From Gammaproteobacteria bacterium (GTDB taxonomy: Bacteria > Pseudomonadota > Gammaproteobacteria > Eutrophobiales > Eutrophobiaceae): 64,000 nt of DNA. The position numbers and the translations under genes are program-made. Under the pieces are notes generated by a model. It made no database searches. It was given only the letters and a program-made list of their open reading frames with translations, and was not told the DNA's origin. Within the stretch, counting starts at the first letter, position 1. Each line of letters begins with the position of its first letter. Shown one piece after another: positions 56,355-64,000 of the stretch. The stretch is taken from positions 960,001-1,024,000 of the forward strand of contig OZ220696.1 in NCBI GenBank assembly GCA_965116495.1. The letters are read 5' to 3'.

Positions 56355-57824
56355 CTACCGTATTGAAGGGTTTTTGACGTCGGCCAATCGTGCCGGAACA
56401 ATATCTCTGGCAAATACATCCTCGATGGTTTCGTGGCGTTTTATCAACTCCGCCTGGCTACCGTTTACTAACACCATACCGGGTCGGGGCAAGGCATTGA
56501 AATTTTGTGTGCATGGCTCGATATACGACCCCGTATTAAGCAAAGCAACCACGTCTCCAGTCTCCAATGCAGGCACGGCAACCTGGTAAAACAGTACTTC
56601 CAGGTTACAGGTCAGGCCAACAATATCCGATATGAATTCCGCTTCACCTGACGCATTATTTGCAATGACAAAATCAAACTTGGGCTGATTAAAATTAGCG
56701 CCGTTAACGCCCAAAAATACCTGGGAGGTATCCACCTCCGCCCACCGGTGTTCCCGATTCCTGGTTTCATGTTTGATGTTTCTTATGGTGGTCAGGTGAA
56801 CCCCGGTATCACAGTGAATGCCTCGGCCGGGCTCAACCTCAATTAACAAACCATTTGTTTCAAGCTTGTTTTCTCTCATGCCTGCGCGTAAGGATGAGGT
56901 TAACACGTCGGCAATTTCCTCCAGGGACGGGCCCGGATAACCCTTGACTGTTACATCCGTATCCTTATCCGGAAAACTGGGAAATCCACCACCAAAGTTC
57001 ATTTCCCTGGGGACCCAGCCATTCATAGTGTCGCTCAATTCTTTGGTAAGTTTTACACAATTCATAACCCATGACCGCCAGACTTCCGGCTTCTTGCTGT
57101 GCCTCCCCATATGGACATGCACTCCTGCAGGATCGATATGAGGAGACTCTTTTGCCTTCAGCCCCATGGGTAATAACTCCGATGTAGGAATGCCGTATTT
57201 GATGGCCTGGGTCATAAACCTGATTTCATATTCCGGCGTGTAATCTGACATAGCTTCCAGTTCTTCCATGTAGGGCTTGATCCGAAACATTACGCGGGCA
57301 ACCTTGTTCAACTTTGCCGCAACTTCCTCGCATAATTCAAGTTCCCTGGGACTGTCCAATACAATACGGGCGCCGGCTTCAATCGCAGTCGTAATGATCT
57401 CCCTGTCCTTGATGGAACCATTCACGGATATAGCTTCAGGCGCACCCCCCCCACACAAGGCCGCGTGCAGTTCTCCGGAACCGAAAACGTCACAACCGGC
57501 TCCCTCATCAGACAAAATTTTACGTATCGCAATGACGGGATTCGCCTTGAGCGAAGGCATTATACGAACAGGTCCATCCGTCCAGGAGTCTTCAAAGGCC
57601 CGGGTATATAGACGTAAATTATGGCGTAGATGGTTTTCTGATACGAGAAACAGCGGCGTGCCAAACTTCCGGGCAATCTCCACTGTATCGCAGCCTTCCA
57701 TAAACAAATGTCCGTCGCGTACCATAAGTGAGTGATTGATACGCATATCGTAACAAAGTCCGGACGGTAACATTGTTAGTGCAGGCTTACTTGTCATAAG
57801 TGGAAAGCACTGGCTCAGAATCAC
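56355..57824 (-). CDS. Group IV PLP-dependent decarboxylase (DAP decarboxylase-like, divergent)
   Basis: FGTPL, KAN, HVH.G, N.GGG, EPGR, GSY......FN...RP; start uncertain (57797 or 57746 possible). Confidence 0.85.
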   Translation of the reverse strand: MILSQCFPLMTSKPALTMLPSGLCYDMRINHSLMVRDGHLFMEGCDTVEIARKFGTPLFLVSENHLRHNLRLYTRAFEDSWTDGPVRIMPSLKANPVIAIRKILSDEGAGCDVFGSGELHAALCGGGAPEAISVNGSIKDREIITTAIEAGARIVLDSPRELELCEEVAAKLNKVARVMFRIKPYMEELEAMSDYTPEYEIRFMTQAIKYGIPTSELLPMGLKAKESPHIDPAGVHVHMGRHSKKPEVWRSWVMNCVKLTKELSDTMNGWVPREMNFGGGFPSFPDKDTDVTVKGYPGPSLEEIADVLTSSLRAGMRENKLETNGLLIEVEPGRGIHCDTGVHLTTIRNIKHETRNREHRWAEVDTSQVFLGVNGANFNQPKFDFVIANNASGEAEFISDIVGLTCNLEVLFYQVAVPALETGDVVALLNTGSYIEPCTQNFNALPRPGMVLVNGSQAELIKRHETIEDVFARDIVPARLADVKNPSIR

Positions 57825-58036
57825 TCCTTCGGTTGTAATCTGGCCGCTATTTCAAGGAATTACAGGAATAGTATACGGATATGCCCTTGATTATTTCATG
57901 GCATAAATGACATAAATTTTATCGATTTCGGCCTATTATCCTGCCAGTGATACGATGAGCATCACGGTTTTCCGCTAGTCTGCGTCGCAGCAGTGCGGAT
58001 CCCGCAATCAGACAGTTACAGATCTGCCATCAGGCC

Positions 58037-58759
58037 TCAGGCATCGTATTGACTACCTACGATAGACCGATCCAGTTCGATAAATTCGATGGATGCGCCA
58101 TCAACTTCGATCATGGCTACGATAATACCCGGTGTCCCCCGCCCGGAATGGTAAATTACCTTTTCACCCACGATCGCCTGGTCGATATCCTCCACCTCGA
58201 AAGCGACGTGAGGAATAAATTTAATGATGTCCGGGTTTTCATTGCCGTCATCAAAGCGCATCCACTCTACACCGTAATTATTGTACTGTCCCGGGAGATA
58301 AGCCAGTTTCAAATGCGGCACCTTGATTTCATTATCAAATGTTTTATCGCAGGGCATGCCAGTATGGTGGTATTTCAGTTGTTTGCCACCGGCCTCAACT
58401 GGGTTTTTGGCCTCTTCGCCAGCTTTGGCCAAGTCGATCTCCATCAGTTTGACCGGTGCGTCCAATACGTTAATAAACGCAGCCCTGACACCAGACATGA
58501 TTTCATCAGGCTCAACAATCACCTGCTCTCCTTCAACGGCTTTCTCCAGGCTGTCAACCTCAAAGGCCACATGCGCGTGTTCTTTGACGATAGCGGGATA
58601 GTCAGCGTCTTCATCAAAACGCGTCCACTCCACTCCATAGGCATTGTTTATTCCAGGCACACATGATAACTGCAACTGAGGGAAATAAATTTCACTTGCC
58701 ATTTTCTTTCCTGTGGGAATGCCGATGTGATGGTATCTCAGTTTCTTTTTTTCTATCAT
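58037..58759 (-). CDS. Tandem-domain VOC/glyoxalase-like protein (paralog of 52857)
   Basis: Two copies of YHH.G.P...YGVEW.RF...HVAFEV. Confidence 0.8.
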   Translation of the reverse strand: MIEKKKLRYHHIGIPTGKKMASEIYFPQLQLSCVPGINNAYGVEWTRFDEDADYPAIVKEHAHVAFEVDSLEKAVEGEQVIVEPDEIMSGVRAAFINVLDAPVKLMEIDLAKAGEEAKNPVEAGGKQLKYHHTGMPCDKTFDNEIKVPHLKLAYLPGQYNNYGVEWMRFDDGNENPDIIKFIPHVAFEVEDIDQAIVGEKVIYHSGRGTPGIIVAMIEVDGASIEFIELDRSIVGSQYDA

Positions 58760-58969
58760 TTTTCTATTGCCGGATATCGAATTTGCTCGGGAAGTTTTTT
58801 CTCTGCCGAGAGATTCACGTTATGAAAGCATGGCCCTTGCATGGTTAAATTCCCGCCAGAAGTGTGAATTCGATGCGAGAAAATATGAAACATCTCAAAT
58901 TATAACTGGTTTTTCTGAATCTATAGTATCGAGCGGCTGATATGTATGGTTTTTTCGGTCATGTCATTA

Positions 58970-60346
58970 TCAGCTTAGCCTGTTTCCCTGCCCATCTTCA
59001 ACACCCAACCTCAATGCACTTCCACTCTGAGTTCGTGCCGCCAGACGCCGTCGTATGATGCTGGAATGCCGTGCCGTAATTCTAAGCTGGGAGAGAAAAC
59101 CCAGTGAAACCAAAATCAGTGCCGCCGGTAAAATACAAAAAGCCAGTTGAATTGCAAACCGTGCATTTTCATCACCTACTTCCATGGTGGCCGGTTCAAA
59201 ACCCAACAAACCCAACAGCATCAAACCAGACCCTGCACCAACGCCAATACTTATTTTTTGCAGCAGGGTACTGATAGCAAAATAAGTTGCAGCGCGATCG
59301 GAACCGAACTTCCAGGTACCGTAATCAATAATATCCGCCAATAAAGAAGGCAAGACTCCTTGCCTGTATCCTTCACAGAAGAAAATACCGATAGTAGAAA
59401 TGAGTAAAAGAATAAGCGCGTGCTCTCCAGGAACAACGAAGATGGGTATGGAAAGGCAGGCAATGTGCATACATTGAGCGATCCTCCAACCGGATTTTTT
59501 ACCCACCCTGTTGCTGAGCTTAAGCCAGAAAGGCAAACCACAGAATCCAACCAATGAACCAAGGAAATACATCATGGCGATGTTCTCACTGACACCATAA
59601 TAACTATCAAAAATAATAAACGTCAGTGAGATCCACATACCACCGCTAACTCCGGTTAAGATATAAATAACGACAAATACAGCAAAAGGCTTGTTGTGAA
59701 AGACTGCACTGAGTTGAGCCAGGACGGATTCCTTTCGTCGATCAGGGATAAACTCTCCGTTCGGCACATAGCAAACAGCCGCATACAGTGTCGGCAACAT
59801 ATAAATTCCTGCCAAGCCAACTGCGTACTTGAGTGTTTCAGGGGTGAATTCGGTGGTATCGAAAATTGGCAAAACCGGTAAGACATAAAAAACCATTGCA
59901 CCCACGTAGACCATGGAACCACGAATAGTGAATATTTTAATACGAGTTCCCGGTTCACGAGTCAGTTCCGAGCCCCAGGCATAATGAGATACGTCAAAAA
60001 TTGTCCACGCCAGGTAAAAGGCCACTGACCAGAACATGAAATAACTGACACTGACGTCCACTGGTGGCACATACAAAAAATAGCCACATGCGATAAGATT
60101 CACACCACCCGTGAAGACCCACCACTTGCGACTGATTCCCATGGCACGGCTCTTGTCTGCAAAATAGCCGATGATTGGATCAGAGATTGCATCAAATATA
60201 CGAGCGATGAAGAATACGCTGGCAATTGCCGTTAGCGCCATACCAAAATGTGTGGCATAAATCCCTTGCAAGACAATGCCAATTGGCATAAACAGGAGAT
60301 AAACCCCTGCAACCGGTGAGTTGTAAGCCAGTATCCGCCCCAGCAT
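58970..60346 (-). CDS. MFS transporter, GPH (glycoside-pentoside-hexuronide)-like
   Basis: ARIFDAISDPIIG..AD, AWGSELT....R, ADIIDY. Confidence 0.88.
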   Translation of the reverse strand: MLGRILAYNSPVAGVYLLFMPIGIVLQGIYATHFGMALTAIASVFFIARIFDAISDPIIGYFADKSRAMGISRKWWVFTGGVNLIACGYFLYVPPVDVSVSYFMFWSVAFYLAWTIFDVSHYAWGSELTREPGTRIKIFTIRGSMVYVGAMVFYVLPVLPIFDTTEFTPETLKYAVGLAGIYMLPTLYAAVCYVPNGEFIPDRRKESVLAQLSAVFHNKPFAVFVVIYILTGVSGGMWISLTFIIFDSYYGVSENIAMMYFLGSLVGFCGLPFWLKLSNRVGKKSGWRIAQCMHIACLSIPIFVVPGEHALILLLISTIGIFFCEGYRQGVLPSLLADIIDYGTWKFGSDRAATYFAISTLLQKISIGVGAGSGLMLLGLLGFEPATMEVGDENARFAIQLAFCILPAALILVSLGFLSQLRITARHSSIIRRRLAARTQSGSALRLGVEDGQGNRLS

Positions 60347-60360
60347 ACAGGTTTCAACGC

Positions 60361-62586
60361 TCAGAAGTCGCGACGTACCATAATGCCTGCTGTTCTTGAC
60401 CGGTTAATGGTAAAACGTGTGGAATCAAGATTATTGCCATTACCGGCGAGACCTCGCCCTAGTTCGGCTCGCTCATCCCAGATATTATCGATGAACAGGT
60501 CAATCCCCCACACATCCCCATCCAAGCCGAAACGCACGTTGCCGACCGTGTAAGCATCCACGGTAACGCCGGTTGGTTGAGAATCTGTGTATGCCAGAGT
60601 CGCCTGTTCGTCAACGTAGTTCACATCAATACGCAGGTAGCCGGCCAATCCAGATGAAAGCGGCATACGATATTCAGCATATGCGCTGGCAGTCCATTCC
60701 GGTGAATTCGGAAGCCGCTCTCCACCAATAAAACCACCCCTGGGTTTATCGACTTCACTATCCACATACCCGGCAGTCGCGCCAAAAATAAAATTGTCCG
60801 TCAATGCCGCAGCAATATCGACTTCTAAACCATATACTTCTGCACCACCGCCATTATCGATAAAGCCCAGGTTAAAACCGAACAGGGGCACAAATTCTTC
60901 AATGAGTGCCTGGAAGTCGGACCAGTCGATATAATAGAGGGCGGCATTCAACCTGACACGGCCATCGGCCCACTTTGTTTTAGCGCCGATCTCATAATTC
61001 CATAGACTGCCGGGTTGAGCAAATTCAGGGCCAATCAAATCGGCATTGGAGTTAGGCGCCGAAGTTCGATATCCCTCTGATGCCGACCCGTAAATGAGGT
61101 GGTCCTCACTCAAATGATAAGAAAGTCCGAATTTGAACAACACCCCTGAATCGCTGGTTTCCACCAACAGCGGGGAAAAAACGAACAAAGAACCGGGGAT
61201 CTGCATGAGACTCATGGAATTATCATCATTATACCAACGCAGGCCCACCGTCGCTTCCAGGGCTTTGTTAATCTCATAGTTGACTTCGCCATAAACGGCG
61301 ACCTGTTCATATTTCTCACGAATATCCTGACTCTGGTATTCGGTACCATTAAAAAGACCTGACTGGGAAGCAGCAAAAGGGACGGGGCCAACCGGGAGAA
61401 GCAACACATCCCGTTCGTCAACGGTTAAGGCGAAATCAGAAAAACGCTCCCGATCACGATAAATCCCACCAATTACCCAATCGAATCGATTATCCCCGGC
61501 TGAAACCAGACGGATCTCCTCGACAATCGCTTCATTTTCTTCAACAAAGGTGTACGGGGCTCTTGGGAGAGGCACTGCCGTCAAACCGAACTCTGACCGG
61601 TCCACCTGATCGCGTTCTCGTTCATAATATGAGGTTACTGAGGTAAATTCAGCAAACCCTAAGTTATATTTCAACGTCAATCCGAACAGGTTAACCTCAT
61701 AATTGGTGAACCGATCTTCCAAGCCATTAAATTCCAAATCTTCCAGGGTACTATCGACCTGGGTATGCTCATCAACATCGGAGATGTCGCGCATCACCAG
61801 GATTTCTGTAGACAAGTTTTCACTAATCTTTGCTAACAGAGTTGCGCGTATGGAATAGGTATCACTATCGTTGATATCACTTTCACCCGTGGCTACATTG
61901 TCGATAAAGCCCTCATCTTTACGCGCGCTGGCGACTATACGTGCAGCCAGCCGACTCTCAACCAGCGGCACGTTAACCGCAGCATTTGCATTAAAATTCA
62001 CGTTACCGTTTTTTGTATGCGAAGCGGTCAGCGCAACCTTGCCGTTCAGTTCTTCCAGGTCCGGCTTATTAAGGACTATTTTGATAGAACCACCCATGGC
62101 GCCATCACCATAAAGGGTGCCTTGCGGACCTTTCAGAACCTCGACCCGATCAAGGTCAAACAGCGCCAGGTCCGGCAAGGTATTTACTCCTTGAATCGGC
62201 ACGTCATTAAGGTAAAGTCCGACCGTATTGGTTGACGTAGGGGCGCCAAAATCATTAGCGCTGACATTTGAAATTCCTCGTATTCCTATACGTTTATTAC
62301 CGCTGCCCTGATCGCGAAAACTCACCCCGGGTACGGTAAGAATATAATCCTCGAAACCAACCGACCCAAGTCGTTCGAGCTCTCCACCACTATAAACTTG
62401 TATCCCGGCTCCAACATCCTGAGCCCCCTGCTCCCGATAAGCAGCAGTCACTACCACTTCCTCGATAACAGAAGATGAAATTTGAGCCACTGCCGGCTGT
62501 GCAGTGAATAATACGGAAACCAGTGTAATTCCGACGATATCCTTAAACAAAGATATCCGAGAAAATATTGTTCTTTGATAGAGCAT
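60361..62586 (-). CDS. TonB-dependent receptor
   Basis: IEEVVVTA TonB box, RVEVLKGPQGTLYG, C-terminal Phe; start chosen at the ATG with AGGGG RBS. Confidence 0.93.
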   Translation of the reverse strand: MLYQRTIFSRISLFKDIVGITLVSVLFTAQPAVAQISSSVIEEVVVTAAYREQGAQDVGAGIQVYSGGELERLGSVGFEDYILTVPGVSFRDQGSGNKRIGIRGISNVSANDFGAPTSTNTVGLYLNDVPIQGVNTLPDLALFDLDRVEVLKGPQGTLYGDGAMGGSIKIVLNKPDLEELNGKVALTASHTKNGNVNFNANAAVNVPLVESRLAARIVASARKDEGFIDNVATGESDINDSDTYSIRATLLAKISENLSTEILVMRDISDVDEHTQVDSTLEDLEFNGLEDRFTNYEVNLFGLTLKYNLGFAEFTSVTSYYERERDQVDRSEFGLTAVPLPRAPYTFVEENEAIVEEIRLVSAGDNRFDWVIGGIYRDRERFSDFALTVDERDVLLLPVGPVPFAASQSGLFNGTEYQSQDIREKYEQVAVYGEVNYEINKALEATVGLRWYNDDNSMSLMQIPGSLFVFSPLLVETSDSGVLFKFGLSYHLSEDHLIYGSASEGYRTSAPNSNADLIGPEFAQPGSLWNYEIGAKTKWADGRVRLNAALYYIDWSDFQALIEEFVPLFGFNLGFIDNGGGAEVYGLEVDIAAALTDNFIFGATAGYVDSEVDKPRGGFIGGERLPNSPEWTASAYAEYRMPLSSGLAGYLRIDVNYVDEQATLAYTDSQPTGVTVDAYTVGNVRFGLDGDVWGIDLFIDNIWDERAELGRGLAGNGNNLDSTRFTINRSRTAGIMVRRDF

Positions 62587-62719
62587 AATAACACCCCTAC
62601 ATTTTGGATAATGTTGTGATACTTCTTCGGCTAAATTCTCCTCGGTTGTCCTCGTAGCGGTCCGCTTCTTTGACCCGGAATGCATACTTCTGGTTACCAA
62701 TGTCGGACGCTACGTATAT

Positions 62720-63253
62720 TTACTCAGGTCTTGTCTCCCAAGTTGGACAAAAACGTTTCTTTGAGACCTCAATATAATTACCATCAGGGTCGAAGAAAGA
62801 TGCCGTCCGAAAACCTATATCACCGAGTCCCTCAGGATGTGGCACAATCCAGTTGGTGGGTAAGGATGAGCCACGCCCATCATGTCTCATGGCGCGCTCA
62901 TAAATACCATCTATATCGTTGGCTTGGATCATCAATACAAAATCTCCACGCGCCAACCGTTCACGTTTATGATCTCGTGCATCACCGATATCACCGTTCA
63001 TGTATTCTGTCAGTGCGATAGAAGGAGCATTACAATCCTCATTCCATCTTTCAAAATCACCTTCACCTATAACAATAAGGCGAGCCTCGGCGCGCTCAGC
63101 CACAGTAGAAAGTGCTATGGGATGAAAACGTGCATCTAAATTAATCCAGTTATCCCACCAACGTTGCCAATTAAAAACGTTTTCGTAAAATGTGGCTGTA
63201 CGAGCAGCATCACCTACTATCAAGACAGGCCAACGCAAATTTCCTGAAACCAT
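62720..63253 (-). CDS. VOC/glyoxalase family protein
   Basis: LIV.D......FY..VF.W, FFDPDGNYIEV; first metal His appears absent. Confidence 0.75.
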   Translation of the reverse strand: MVSGNLRWPVLIVGDAARTATFYENVFNWQRWWDNWINLDARFHPIALSTVAERAEARLIVIGEGDFERWNEDCNAPSIALTEYMNGDIGDARDHKRERLARGDFVLMIQANDIDGIYERAMRHDGRGSSLPTNWIVPHPEGLGDIGFRTASFFDPDGNYIEVSKKRFCPTWETRPE

Positions 63254-63588
63254 GATGTACTCTTTTGTAAAACTATAATGACTTCAATAATCTTCAGGCG
63301 GGTCAGATAATATTCGGCAGTCTTGGCGCCCCCATGAGTGCAGAAACTGTATTGGAACTTTTTGATGTATCTGAAGAAAGTATAGATTTACCGGCTCCGA
63401 CTAACCATGTCATTTCTGCCAATAACAGTATCTCTTCAGGTAGTGGAATTGACAAAATCCCTGTCAATAGGAGAGCAGTAAAAAACTAAAACGTAAAACA
63501 GGTTAGTGACAGCCCTACCAGTGCAACTATATCCGGTGGATCTTGCCCGAGGCCGTATTGATTACCTATGACCGACAGGTTTTTGTAA

Positions 63589-63954
63589 TCAGATCTGGAA
63601 TTTGCCCGGATGCGGCCACACTTCCTGTTCCGGCCGGGCAAATTCAAGAAGCTCAATCAAGGCATCTCCATCCGAGATAAATGCGACAGTCACTCCTTCT
63701 GCCGGGCTGGTCGGTTCCAACACCACTTTTTTCCCTTTCAATGCCTCCCTGATATCATCAACCACAAAAGCGACATGCGGCGTAGTTTTAATGATCTCAG
63801 GTAATTCATTGTCTTCATCAAAATTGTGCCATTCGATGCCATAAGGATTATCAAAATAACCGGAACCATGGAGCTTCAATTCCTCGTTATGATCCGCGTC
63901 GGGCAGTTTTTTGTCTGTAGGTATCCCTACATGGTGAAAACGTAATGTCTGCAT
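63589..63954 (-). CDS. Single-domain VOC-like protein (paralog of 52857/58037)
   Basis: FHHVGIPT, NPYGIEW..F, PHVAF.VDD, GVTVAFI...LIEL. Confidence 0.82.
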   Translation of the reverse strand: MQTLRFHHVGIPTDKKLPDADHNEELKLHGSGYFDNPYGIEWHNFDEDNELPEIIKTTPHVAFVVDDIREALKGKKVVLEPTSPAEGVTVAFISDGDALIELLEFARPEQEVWPHPGKFQI

Positions 63955-64000
63955 AAGTCAATCCCGTTTAAAGAAAACATGATCAAACCAGGCTCATCTG

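Noticed and set aside
1-64000. CRISPR array or cas genes
   Set aside because: No run of equal-length repeats with unique spacers seen; no cas-like ORFs recognised

Overview
64 kb of an apparently gammaproteobacterial chromosome (inferred from the cysT/leuZ tRNA arrangement, LiuR and glcDEF). A core metabolic block (icmF-liuR-acyl-CoA synthetase-GNAT-glcDEF-glutaredoxin-RdhA/QueG-like gene, ~20.2-32.3 kb) sits between heavily eroded accessory DNA. Left part: many intact and decayed toxin-antitoxin modules, two tandem QueG/RdhA-like Fe-S genes, an internally deleted qNor, MITE-like elements, and a translationally coupled four-gene membrane operon (14.4-19.0 kb). That operon encodes a multi-TM coiled-coil protein, an exported vWA-like protein, a MotA/ZorA-like protein with a long repeated tail and a MotB/ZorB-like protein without an OmpA domain. 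It is the best candidate for an undescribed, possibly Zorya-like, system. Right part: a ~20 kb island at tRNA-Leu(TAA) carrying catabolic genes, TA modules, IS remnants and a complete RIT element whose junctions can be read exactly, then a second island starting at a tRNA-Cys 3' fragment with a VOC-rich uncharacterised uptake/catabolic cluster. All family calls come from motif recognition by eye; no database searches were run.
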